64,000 nt of DNA from Spirochaetia bacterium (GTDB lineage: Bacteria; Spirochaetota; Spirochaetia; SZUA-6; Bin103): positions 2,752,001 through 2,816,000 of the forward strand of contig CBDBDQ010000005.1 in NCBI GenBank assembly GCA_965203905.1. Direction: 5' to 3'. Position numbers and translations under genes: made by a program. Positions 38,644 through 47,644 of this stretch are shown in pieces (position 1 is the first letter of the stretch; every line of letters begins with the position of its first letter). Under the pieces are notes generated by a model. That model had not been told where the DNA came from, did no database searches, and was given only the letters and a program-made list of their open reading frames with translations.

Positions 38644-39402
38644 TCAGTCGCGGAAGGGACGCTCGGCGAGGGTGAAGTTGCCGTAGCGATCCTCGCCGCC
38701 CACCAGGATCGGACGCCACTCGGCGCCCAGCGAGTTTTCGGTGGACTGGCGCACGTTGGGCCGCACGAAGCGCACCGTCATCCCACAGCGACGGCGCTGG
38801 GAGCGGTTGGGCTGGCTTGCATGGTACAGGTGCCCGTCGTGGATCGAGATCTGGCCGGCACGCAGCTCCAGGTCGACGGCCGACGAACTGTCGACCAGCT
38901 CGTCGGGGATCTCCTGGTTGATGCTGAGTTGGTTGCCGGCCCGTTGCGAGGTGCCGTGGGTGACGATGCCGTGGCGGTGCGAACCGGGGATGGCACGCAT
39001 GCAGCCGTTCTCGATGTCGCTGTCGTCTACGGCGATCCACGCTGTGTGCGCATCGGGCGGTTCGATCCCCCAGTAGGTGACGTCCTGGTGCCAGGCGACG
39101 AACGCCTTTGCGTCCGGGCTGCCGTACTTGACGAAGAAGTCGGTCGCGAGCAGCAGCAGGTCCGGTCCCATCAGTTCCTGCATCAGGCTGATCAGGGTCG
39201 GATGCGACGCCATGCGCCAGACGAATTCCAGGTCGAAATGGCGCTGGCGGTTGCGCTCCTGCGGGCGATCGACGCCCTCGGTCTGGTCCAGGCGGTCGAA
39301 CTCGCGCCGGTAGCCGGCAATCTCGTCGTCGCTGAACAGGTCGACCGGGAACAGGACGCCGTCCTGCTGATATTGTTGAACACGGTTGGTAGCTACAGCC
39401 AT
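38644..39402 (-). CDS. Phytanoyl-CoA dioxygenase (PhyH) family Fe(II)/2OG enzyme
   Basis: WHQD, ENGCMRAIPGSH, H..S..N.S..RR. Confidence 0.92.
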   Translation of the reverse strand: MAVATNRVQQYQQDGVLFPVDLFSDDEIAGYRREFDRLDQTEGVDRPQERNRQRHFDLEFVWRMASHPTLISLMQELMGPDLLLLATDFFVKYGSPDAKAFVAWHQDVTYWGIEPPDAHTAWIAVDDSDIENGCMRAIPGSHRHGIVTHGTSQRAGNQLSINQEIPDELVDSSSAVDLELRAGQISIHDGHLYHASQPNRSQRRRCGMTVRFVRPNVRQSTENSLGAEWRPILVGGEDRYGNFTLAERPFRD

Positions 39403-39518
39403 GTTTCCACCTCCGGGACGCGGTGACCATGATACTGGAGCGGTGGGCAGGGGACAACAGGCAGGCCAGGCCGATGGCTGGGCTGACGGCTTGCCGTCGA
39501 AGCATTATGCTGTCAACC

Positions 39519-39740
39519 GTGAGCAAAGCGACGCTCTACCTGGACGACGATCTCCATCGTGCCCTTCGCCTGAAGGCGGCCGAGACGCGCGAGTCGATGT
39601 CGGAGTTGGTGAACGACGCGCTCCGCGTGCTTCTGGCGGAGGACCTGGAGGATATCTCCGATTGGCAGCAGCGCCGGTCGGTGCGCGCCGTGACGTATGA
39701 GGAGTTCCTGAAGCAGCTTGCAGCCGACGGCACGATATGA
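39519..39740 (+). CDS. CopG/RHH antitoxin
   Basis: KATLYLDDDLHRALRLKAAET; leaderless (TATGCT 7 nt before GTG). Confidence 0.88.
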   Translation: MSKATLYLDDDLHRALRLKAAETRESMSELVNDALRVLLAEDLEDISDWQQRRSVRAVTYEEFLKQLAADGTI

Positions 39741-39987
39741 GATCCGCTTCCTGCCGTCGGTGCGCAAGGACCTGCGCGGCATCCCGCGCCCGGCCGTCCG
39801 CCGCATCCTGGCGGCAATCGACCAGCTTGCCGAGCATCCGCGGCCGCCTGGGAGCAAGAAGCTGAGCAGCCTTGACCTGTATCGGATCCGGGTGGGCGTC
39901 TACCGGATCGTATACGAGATTCACGACCGCGAACTCATCATCGCCGTGGTGAAGGTCGGCCAACGCCGTAAGGCAGTATGCGGGTAG
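39718..39987 (+). CDS. RelE/ParE-family toxin, canonical start possibly lost
   Basis: PRPPGSKKL, YRIRVGVYRIVYEI; ACG where the MARY ATG is expected. Confidence 0.75.
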   Translation: MQPTARYEIRFLPSVRKDLRGIPRPAVRRILAAIDQLAEHPRPPGSKKLSSLDLYRIRVGVYRIVYEIHDRELIIAVVKVGQRRKAVCG

Positions 39988-41075
39988 CTGTCATCGGTGC
40001 CGGAATCGTCGGAGGAGCGATTGCGTTCCACCTCGCGCGGCGCGGGGGTGTGCAGGTGACGCTGATCGACGCGGACCAACCGGGCATGGGCGCCACCAAC
40101 CACTCGTTCGCCTGGATCAACAGCTTCGGCAAGGAGCCCCGCTCGTACGGCGCGCTGAACCGGCGCTCGCTCGACACCTGGGACCGTTTCGCGCGGCTGC
40201 TCGACGCCGACATCGGCCTGCGCTGGGGCGGTCAGCTCACCTGGACCGCAAGCGACGAGGATGCCGAGGCGCTGGCCCGGAACGTGGCGCGGTTACAGTC
40301 TTGGGGTTACGTCGCAAGGATGGTGGACGAAGCCGAGATACTGCGCCTGGAACCGGGTCTCAGACCCGGAACCGTGAAGGCAGCCGCGCACAGCGAAAAC
40401 GACGGACACGTGCAGGGCACGCGCGTTGCGCAGACCTGCGCCAGCCGCGTGCGCCAGATGGGCGGTCACATCATGTACGGGAGTCCGGTCACCGGCCTGG
40501 TCATGCACGCCGGGCGGGTGACCACGGTTCAGCTTGCCGGCGGCGCGATAACGTGCGACGCCGTCATACTGGCGGCAGGTGTGGCCACGACCAGGTTGGC
40601 GGAGATGGCCGGCGTGTACGTCCCGCAGGAGGAGAGCCCCGGCGTGGTCGTCCGCACCGAGCCCCTGCCGCCGGTACTGCGGAGCGTTGCCGCGCTGTAT
40701 GCTCCACCGCCTGGCAGAGGAGGCCAACCCGTCCACCTTCGGCAGAGCAGCGACGGTGTCGTGCTCCTGGGAGAGGGCAGCCAGGAGTCTCTGGCGCGCG
40801 ACGACTCGCCCGAACACGCTGCCGAGATACTGGCGCGGGCGTCCGTGTACCTGCCCGCGCTCAGGTCTGCCACGCCCATACCGGTGCCGGTCGGATACCG
40901 GCCCATGCCGGTCGACGGCCTGCCGGTGCTCGGTTTCACCCGGGCCGTCCCCAACCTGTACGTCGCGCTGATGCACAGCGGCGTCACCCTGGCTCCCCTG
41001 GTGGGCGAGCTCGCAACGCTGGAGATCCTCGATGGAGCGCGCGTCGACATCCTGGCCCCCTACCGGCCCGAGTGA
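39978..41075 (+). CDS. FAD-dependent oxidoreductase, DAO/DadA family
   Basis: VAVIGAGIVG, GYRPMPVDGLPVLG, HSGVTLAP; ends at a probable CGA>TGA nonsense codon. Confidence 0.9.
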   Translation: MRVAVIGAGIVGGAIAFHLARRGGVQVTLIDADQPGMGATNHSFAWINSFGKEPRSYGALNRRSLDTWDRFARLLDADIGLRWGGQLTWTASDEDAEALARNVARLQSWGYVARMVDEAEILRLEPGLRPGTVKAAAHSENDGHVQGTRVAQTCASRVRQMGGHIMYGSPVTGLVMHAGRVTTVQLAGGAITCDAVILAAGVATTRLAEMAGVYVPQEESPGVVVRTEPLPPVLRSVAALYAPPPGRGGQPVHLRQSSDGVVLLGEGSQESLARDDSPEHAAEILARASVYLPALRSATPIPVPVGYRPMPVDGLPVLGFTRAVPNLYVALMHSGVTLAPLVGELATLEILDGARVDILAPYRPE

Positions 41076-41377
41076 TTCGACCGCGCGGCCCGTCAAACGG
41101 CAGTCAGGAGCTCATCCACCGGCAGATAGTACCTCAATCAACCTCCGATCTGTTGATGGTGCCATCAGCCACTTCAGTCACCCAGGCAGCCCTACGAGCA
41201 CCCCCGAATCGTTGTCAACCTTATTGTTGACATCGGTTTAGTTGACTTTGGTAGTCGCTCCGTAGGTCGCTCCCGGGTAGTTGTCGCCCGCGCGCGATTG
41301 GCGGAGGATTGTCGCGTACGACGGGTGCGGCCACGAAGCACCGGCCCAGGACCGCACGCACCGACGGAGAGTGACTC

Positions 41378-42526
41378 ATGAGCGAGTACCAGTATTACGA
41401 ATTCCAGGCAATCGACCGGCCACTGAGCGACGAGGACCGGCGGGCGTTGCGGGGGCTGTCGACGCGGGCGCGGATCACGGCCACGAGCTTCACCAACGAG
41501 TACCAATGGGGAGACTTCAAGGGTAGTCCGGTACGGCTGATGGAGCGCTGGTTCGACCTGCACCTCTATCTCGCCAACTGGGGAACGCGGCGCGTGATGA
41601 TCCGGCTGCCGCAACGGCTGGTCGCACGCTCCCATCTCGACCGCTTCCTGCGCTGCGTCGACCTGGTCCGGGTCCACGAGTCGGGCGACAACCTGATCGT
41701 CGACGTTCACAGTGACGACGACGACACCGACTACTCGGACTACTCCTACGAGGAGGACGATACCGACTGCCTTGCCGCCATCGCCCCGCTACGCGCGGCG
41801 GTGCTGGCGGGCGACTGGAGGCTGTTCTACCTGCTGTGGCTGACGGCGGTGGTGGACGAGCGCTTGGACGATGGCGATGCCGAGCCGCTGCCTGGAATCG
41901 GTCCGCTCACCGGCGCTCTCAAGGCGTTCGCCGATTTCTTCGGAATCGATCCGCATCTGTTGCAAGCGGCCGCCGAGTCGCCGTTGCATGCCAACGGCGA
42001 ACTTTCGGCGGACGAGGTCCGCGCGGTGGTGGCAGCTATTCCCGATACGGAGAAGACGGCACTGCTGTGCCGTCTCGTCTCAGGCGACCCGCATGTCGCA
42101 GCGGAGGTCAGGGGCAAGGTGCGCGCGGCCGCGGCCACCACGGACGACTCGGTTACCGGCCACCGGACGGTCGCCGCGCTGCGCACGCGCGCAGCGGAGA
42201 TTCGCGAGCAGGCCGCGGCTGCCGAGGCGGCACGGATCGAGGCCGAGCGGCAACGCCGCGCGCGAGCGGCCGAGCAGGAGCGCCGAGCACGCCTCACGGT
42301 CCTCAGACAGCGGGGCGCGGCAGTTTGGCGTGAGGTTGAGACGGGGATCGAGAAGCGGAACGCCGGCGGTTACGACCGGGCGCTGAAACTGCTGCTCGAC
42401 CTGCGGGCGCTGGCTCAGGAAGATGGCACGTTGGCGGCGTTCTCTGATCGCGTGCACTCCCTCCGGGACCGGCACTCCCGTAAGCTGCGCTTCATCGAAC
42501 GGCTGCGTCAGCTCGACCAGCAATGA
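41378..42526 (+). CDS. Conserved hypothetical protein (MSEYQYYEF family)
   Basis: GGAGAG Shine-Dalgarno, recognisable N-terminus, acidic loop and coiled-coil C-terminus. Confidence 0.8.
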   Translation: MSEYQYYEFQAIDRPLSDEDRRALRGLSTRARITATSFTNEYQWGDFKGSPVRLMERWFDLHLYLANWGTRRVMIRLPQRLVARSHLDRFLRCVDLVRVHESGDNLIVDVHSDDDDTDYSDYSYEEDDTDCLAAIAPLRAAVLAGDWRLFYLLWLTAVVDERLDDGDAEPLPGIGPLTGALKAFADFFGIDPHLLQAAAESPLHANGELSADEVRAVVAAIPDTEKTALLCRLVSGDPHVAAEVRGKVRAAAATTDDSVTGHRTVAALRTRAAEIREQAAAAEAARIEAERQRRARAAEQERRARLTVLRQRGAAVWREVETGIEKRNAGGYDRALKLLLDLRALAQEDGTLAAFSDRVHSLRDRHSRKLRFIERLRQLDQQ

Positions 42527-42559
42527 CGGACCGTCAGGTGACTCCCAGGAAGCGGGTGG

Positions 42560-42738
42560 CCGCGGGAACATGCCGCGAAGAGCACGTTCGCCACCGGGTG
42601 ACCGGAATCGATTCCGAGTTCCGCTCGGACGGCCGGCGGGATTTCGACGCGTCCGTAGAGCCGGCGGAGCAGATCGAGTCTATCGACTCTCGCGAGGCCG
42701 GTCAGAGGACCGGTATCGGCCACAACTACCCATGTCAC
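42560..42738 (-). pseudogene. DUF3368 (PIN) toxin, C-terminally truncated
   Basis: VVADTGPL..LARVDRLDLLRRLYGRVEIPPAVRAEL, then runs into the convergent gene. Confidence 0.75.
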
Positions 42739-42995
42739 CGCGCAGTGCTGAGCTCTCCCGCCAATTCATCGGGTGGATAGTCGACGGCCGGTACCGCAGC
42801 GTCGCCAAGTAACGCAACGAATTTTTCTGCTGTCATGGCGGCAAGTCTCGCGGCCTGAACCAGCGTGAGGTGGCGCTGTTCAAACAGGCGGAGGGCACGG
42901 GTTCGGCGAACACGGAGTTCCAGCAGACGCTCGTCGAACGGCACTGCCAGAGTGGTGAGACGACCCCGCTTCGTGATGAGCGACAGATGCCCATG
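42735..42995 (-). pseudogene. UPF0175-family antitoxin, probably 5'-truncated
   Basis: LSLITKRGR..LAVPFDERLL..LFEQRHLTLVQAARLA..VDYPPDEL; the 5' end abuts a DAO fragment. Confidence 0.65.
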
Positions 42996-42997
42996 TT

Positions 42998-43097
42998 CCG
43001 TTCCCAACCTGTACGTCGCGCTGATGCACAGGGCATCACCCGCCGGCGCGCGCGTCGATATCCTCGATCACTACCGGCCCGAGCGATTCGACCGCGC
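42998..43097 (+). pseudogene. 3' fragment of a DAO paralog with an internal deletion
   Basis: Matches 40944..41086 (VPNLYVALMH...GARVDILDHYRPERF). Confidence 0.85.
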
Positions 43098-43351
43098 CGG
43101 CGGCGCCGGTTTCCAGGCGTCCCGGTAACGGTCACCCGGGAATCAGGAAGTCCAGCCAGTTGTCGCTACTGATTACCGTACCCGTGGCCGAAGCAAAATA
43201 GCGCGAATTGTGCGGGTAGATCCATGCCCTTGGCGGTGTCCGCTATCGCCGCCGTGCACGGACTCTGCCTGTCCCGCGGGAGGAGAGTCACGGCGTGGTC
43301 GTCTGCACCAGGACCGATGCCGCCGGTCCTGCGGACTTTGCCCCGCGTCTG

Positions 43352-44242
43352 TCAGCCCTTGATGCCGGTGGTGACGATGCCCTGGATGAAGCGCTTCTGG
43401 GCGATGAAGAAGATGATGAACGCGGGCAGGGTGACCAGCACGTTGCCGGCCATCACCGTGTGCAACTCCTCGCGCATGTAGCCCTCGGCGTCGCTCCAGA
43501 TGCGGAACAGGCGCAGCACGATGGTGTCCTTCTCGACGTTGTTCAGGTAGATGAACGGCGCGAAGAAGTCGTTCCAGAAGTCCATGAAGCCGAGCACAGC
43601 CACGGTGGCCACGGCCGGCATCATCAGCGGCACGATGATCTGGGCGAAGATGCGGAAGGTGGAGCAGCCGTCGATCTCCGCGGCCTGGTCGAGCTCCTCC
43701 GGTATCGACTTGATGAACTGCCGGAACAGGAAGATCCGGAACGCGCCTCCGCCGAAGAACCAGGGCACGATCAGCGGCTTGTAGGAGTCGATCCAGCGCA
43801 GCCAGTTGAACAGCAGGTACTGCGGGATGATCATGATCGCCGGTGGGATCAGCATGGTCATGATCAGGATGGCGAACCACACGTCGCGGCCCGGGAAGCG
43901 CAGCCTGGCGAACGCGAACCCGGTGATGGAAGCGGACACCAGCGACCCGAACAGCGCCAGCGCCGTGATGAAGATGGTGTTGGCCATCGGCCCCGGAAAC
44001 GGCACCCGGTTCCAGGTGTCGGGGTAGTTCGACCAGGTCACCTTGGAGGGCAGCAGCGACAGGCTGTACGCTTCGAGGAAGCCCGGCTTGAGCGATGTCG
44101 ACACCATCCACAGCAGGGGCAGCAGGGCGACCGCCACCAGGAACAGCAGCAGCAGGTAGACGATCACCCGCCACACCGTCTTGCGGACCCGCAGCCCGAT
44201 CGGCTTGCCGCGCACCGCCGATGCCAGCACCCCCGAACTCAT
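43352..44242 (-). CDS. Carbohydrate ABC permease (MalG type)
   Basis: IPEELDQAAEIDG, FWNDF, QKRFIQGI. Confidence 0.95.
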   Translation of the reverse strand: MSSGVLASAVRGKPIGLRVRKTVWRVIVYLLLLFLVAVALLPLLWMVSTSLKPGFLEAYSLSLLPSKVTWSNYPDTWNRVPFPGPMANTIFITALALFGSLVSASITGFAFARLRFPGRDVWFAILIMTMLIPPAIMIIPQYLLFNWLRWIDSYKPLIVPWFFGGGAFRIFLFRQFIKSIPEELDQAAEIDGCSTFRIFAQIIVPLMMPAVATVAVLGFMDFWNDFFAPFIYLNNVEKDTIVLRLFRIWSDAEGYMREELHTVMAGNVLVTLPAFIIFFIAQKRFIQGIVTTGIKG

Positions 44243-44264
44243 CGGACCGACTCCATCGCCATCA

Positions 44265-45149
44265 TCATCCCGACCCCGCGTAGTACACCCAGCGCCGCGA
44301 CCAGCGGAACAGGAACACGGTCAGGCCCAGCGTCAGCAGGAACATGATCAGCGCGATCGCCGCCGCGTAGCCCATCTTCAGGTAGGAAAAGGCGTTGCGG
44401 TACAGGTAGAGGAGCAGGGTGAGGGTGGCGTTGTTGGGACCGCCGTTGGTCATCACCAGCGGCTCGACAAAGAGCTGGGTGGCGTGAATGCAGCCGATCA
44501 CCAGGTTGAACAGCAGCACCGGCGAGATCATCGGCAGGGTAACGGCTATCAGCCGATGGCGCATCTTGGCGCCGTCGATCTCCGCCTGCTCGTACAGCTC
44601 CTGCGGAATCCCCTGCAGACCGGCCAGGAAGATCACCACCAGCGGGCCCACCGACCACACCGACATCACCGTGATGGTGGCGAACGCCAGCGGCTCGGAG
44701 CCGAACCAGTTGGGCGTGGGACCGCCGAAGAAGCGCAGCACCACGTTCACCAGCCCGTACTGCGGATCCATCATCCGGTTCCACAGCAGCGCCAGCGCGT
44801 AGCCGGCCACGATCGAGGGCGTGTAGAACAGGGTGCGCCAGAGCCCCAGCGCCTTCACCTTCTGGTTGAGCAGCAACGCGAGGAAGAACGCCGCGCCGAC
44901 GCGCAGGCTCACCGAGAAGACGATGTAGCGGAGGGTCACCGACAGCGAGGTGGGGAAGTTGGGATCCTCGGTGAACATCTCCACGAAGTGGCGCAGGCCG
45001 ACCCACTTCGGCGGGTTGAAGATGTCGAACTTGAAGAAGCCCAGGACCAGGCCGTATCCGGCCGGGTAGATCACAAACGTCGACAACCCGATGATCCACG
45101 GGAAGATGAAGAGGTAGCCCTCGATTTTCTTCTTGGTCGAGCCTTTCAT
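44265..45149 (-). CDS. Carbohydrate ABC permease (MalF type)
   Basis: GYLFIFPW, LAGLQGIPQELYEQAEIDG, MGYAAA. Confidence 0.95.
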   Translation of the reverse strand: MKGSTKKKIEGYLFIFPWIIGLSTFVIYPAGYGLVLGFFKFDIFNPPKWVGLRHFVEMFTEDPNFPTSLSVTLRYIVFSVSLRVGAAFFLALLLNQKVKALGLWRTLFYTPSIVAGYALALLWNRMMDPQYGLVNVVLRFFGGPTPNWFGSEPLAFATITVMSVWSVGPLVVIFLAGLQGIPQELYEQAEIDGAKMRHRLIAVTLPMISPVLLFNLVIGCIHATQLFVEPLVMTNGGPNNATLTLLLYLYRNAFSYLKMGYAAAIALIMFLLTLGLTVFLFRWSRRWVYYAGSG

Positions 45150-45160
45150 GGAGAGGGGGA

Positions 45161-45194
45161 GGTGCCCGGAATCCGACTCTGGATTCCGGGCACC
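45161..45194 (-). terminator. Perfect 14-bp stem-loop between the sugar SBP and its permease
   Basis: GGTGCCCGGAATCC-GACTCT-GGATTCCGGGCACC. Confidence 0.8.
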
Positions 45195-45218
45195 AGTCTG
45201 CTTACGCGGTGCCGGGGA

Positions 45219-46562
45219 TCAGTCCCAGCCCTTTGCGATCAGGCGGGCGACCTCCTTGTCGATGTTGGCCGCCGTGTCCTCGGGCGACTGCGTGTTGATG
45301 AGCAGTTTTTCCATTTCCTTGGCGAATGCCTGCTCCACCTCGGCGACGTTGGGAATCTGGCGGTTCCAGTAGCGCGGGTGCTCGATCATGTCGATGATGT
45401 CGACGCGCAACCGGTAGCTGGGGGGAGCGCCGGGGATCTTCAGGTAGGCGTCCGAGAACGCGACCTCCTTGGACAGCGGGGTGTCGCGGCGCATGGTCTC
45501 CATCACGAAGTTGTTGCAGCACATGAACGCCGCCAGCTCGCGCGCCGCCTTGGCGTACTTGGTGCGTGCGTTGACCACCCACGGCGACACGGTCATCTGG
45601 GTGGTGTGCGCGTCGCCCTTGCCGAGGCGCGGAATGGGCGCGATGTCCCACTCGAAGTCCTCCACCAGGATGGTGGTCTCCAGGTACCAGGTGCCGACGA
45701 TGTCCATCGCCGTGAGCCCCTGCTGGAACGCCTCGCCGGCGACCGTGGCACCGACGCGCGGGCGGATGAACTCGTCCTTGTAGATGCCGTCCTGCAGCCA
45801 GCGTAGCGCCGCGGCCGCACCGGAGTCGACCATCTGGCCCTGCCGCCAGTCCGTGCCCGCCAGCCACGGGAGGGTGTCCGCTTCATGGGCGTCGATCGCC
45901 CACTCGGCTCCCCACGACCACAGGAACACCTGGTACCACATCGACCACGTGTGCCAGATGTTGAAACCCCACAGGTCGTTCACGCCGTCGCCGTTCTCGT
46001 CGACGGTGAGTTGCATGGCGGCTTCCTTGACGTCGTCCCAGGTCCAGTCGTCGGTGGGATGCGCGACGCCGTACTTGTCGAACGCCGACTTGTTGTAGAT
46101 CAGCAGGAACACGTTCATGGCGTCCGGCAGGCCGAAGAAGGTGTCGCCGTCACGCGACGAGGAAAGCAGCGACGAATACCACTTGCTGTCGTCCAGCAGG
46201 CCATGCTGGTGCACGGCTTCGGTGACCTCCAGCAGCAGGCCCTTGCGCCACCAGAGCGGCGCGTTGCTGGAGCCCAGCAGGAATACGTCGGGCGCATCGC
46301 CGGCGGCGATCATCGCCTGCACCTTCTGGTTGTAGTCGGCGGTGATGTGGCGGAAGCTGGCGTCCACCCTGCCCTGGCTGAGGCGCGAGAACTCGGCCGC
46401 GTTGGCGGCGTAGAAATCGGCCACCTCCTGACCGCCCCAGGCAGACAGAATCAACGGGACCGGCTCGTCCGCGGACCCTTCGTCGGAGTCGCCGGAGGCG
46501 AACGCGCCGGCGCTCACGAGCAGCAGCACCGAGGCCAGCGCAAGGGGCGTGCGAATCTTCAT
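45219..46562 (-). CDS. Sugar ABC solute-binding protein (SBP_bac_1)
   Basis: Signal peptide, AAGDAPDVF, YNKSAFDKYGV, WTWDD. Confidence 0.93.
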   Translation of the reverse strand: MKIRTPLALASVLLLVSAGAFASGDSDEGSADEPVPLILSAWGGQEVADFYAANAAEFSRLSQGRVDASFRHITADYNQKVQAMIAAGDAPDVFLLGSSNAPLWWRKGLLLEVTEAVHQHGLLDDSKWYSSLLSSSRDGDTFFGLPDAMNVFLLIYNKSAFDKYGVAHPTDDWTWDDVKEAAMQLTVDENGDGVNDLWGFNIWHTWSMWYQVFLWSWGAEWAIDAHEADTLPWLAGTDWRQGQMVDSGAAAALRWLQDGIYKDEFIRPRVGATVAGEAFQQGLTAMDIVGTWYLETTILVEDFEWDIAPIPRLGKGDAHTTQMTVSPWVVNARTKYAKAARELAAFMCCNNFVMETMRRDTPLSKEVAFSDAYLKIPGAPPSYRLRVDIIDMIEHPRYWNRQIPNVAEVEQAFAKEMEKLLINTQSPEDTAANIDKEVARLIAKGWD

Positions 46563-46719
46563 AGAGATCCTCCCTTGAGAGTGAAATGAGATAGGTGACG
46601 CAGAGCGCGCGTCACCCGACGCAGAATACGCGCCTCAGTCGGACTGTGCAACCGAGGCCGCGGCCTGTGGGGTGCATTCGCGTAGTGTGGTAGCGGTCAG
46701 GCGGCCGGAGTTGGTCGGT

Positions 46720-46934
46720 GGCTTGAGGGCGCGATGAGGGGAGCAGACTCTCGAAGTCGTCCTATAAGCGGCCATACGCTGTGGGTTGGTGTTGAAACAG
46801 TTGATCTCACCCTGCCGGTCGTAGCACTGTTGCTGGCCGTAGCGGCCACTGCCGTGCAACACCTTCAGCTCCTTGATCACGGCCGCCACGGACCCCTGCC
46901 ACAGCAGGCTGCGCCAGCGTTCATAGCAGAGCAC
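46720..46934 (-). pseudogene. Possible ISKra4-like transposase remnant
   Basis: YERWRSLLWQGSVAAVIKEL...EINCFNTNPQRM resembles the YF..N..RM.Y region (recalled similarity). Confidence 0.4.
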
Positions 46935-46971
46935 GAACTGCGTGCTGCCCTCCCGTACAACATCGTCGCGA

Positions 46972-47131
46972 CCGGGCGGGTGCTCGATTCAGCTTCCCGG
47001 CGGCTCGATGGCGTGCGACGCGGTCGTGCTGGCGGCAGGTGTGGCCACGACCAGGTTGGCGGCGATGGTGGGCGTGCACCTCCCGCAGCAGGAGAGCCCC
47101 GGCGTGGTCGTCCGCACCGAGCCGATGCCCC
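46972..47131 (+). pseudogene. Internal fragment of a DAO paralog
   Basis: Matches ~40510..40672 (CDAVVLAAGVATTRLA...ESPGVVVRTEP). Confidence 0.88.
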
Positions 47132-47256
47132 TGATCCGGCAACCCGCGCCGGCGCCAGGCAGCTCTCGCGAGCGCCCGTCTGACGGGTGCTGTCATATGC
47201 GGCATGAAGTGTTATCATGATGCAGCACCCCAGACGACCGTAAGCGAAGTACAGTG

Positions 47257-47505
47257 ATGGTACGAACCCAGATCCAGTTGCCCGAAGAACTGGCCCGAAG
47301 AGTCCGCGAGGTGGCTGACCACCAGCACACGTCAATGGCAGAGGTGATCAGACGCGCCGTCTCTGTCTTCTTCGAGACATCTCCGCAGGTCGACCGGAAA
47401 GCACGCTATGAGCGGGCAGCCGCTGCTGCAGGAGCGTTCAGCTCCGGGCGCTCGGACCTTTCGCGCTGCCATGATCGCCACTTCGCTGAAGTATCCGAAG
47501 CATGA
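47257..47505 (+). CDS. CopG/RHH (VapB-type) antitoxin
   Basis: MVRTQIQL, SMAEVIRRAV, FSSGRSDLS..HD. Confidence 0.88.
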   Translation: MVRTQIQLPEELARRVREVADHQHTSMAEVIRRAVSVFFETSPQVDRKARYERAAAAAGAFSSGRSDLSRCHDRHFAEVSEA

Positions 47506-47528
47506 CCTGATTTGTGGATACGTCGGCA
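47502..47528 (+). pseudogene. VapC N-terminal remnant
   Basis: ATGA overlap with the antitoxin, then M-T-*-F-V-D-T-S-A. Confidence 0.65.
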
Positions 47529-47644
47529 GGTAACCAAACAGAGTCAATTTCTTGAACGGATCGGCTACGTATTCACGGGTTCTTCGCCTCGCCGACGACC
47601 GTGAGTATCGCGTGTAGACGATCGCTCGGGGCCCGTACGTCCGC

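Noticed and set aside
39423-47640. Integron cassette array explaining the TA-rich region
   Set aside because: No repeated attC-like sites, mixed gene orientations and no integrase.
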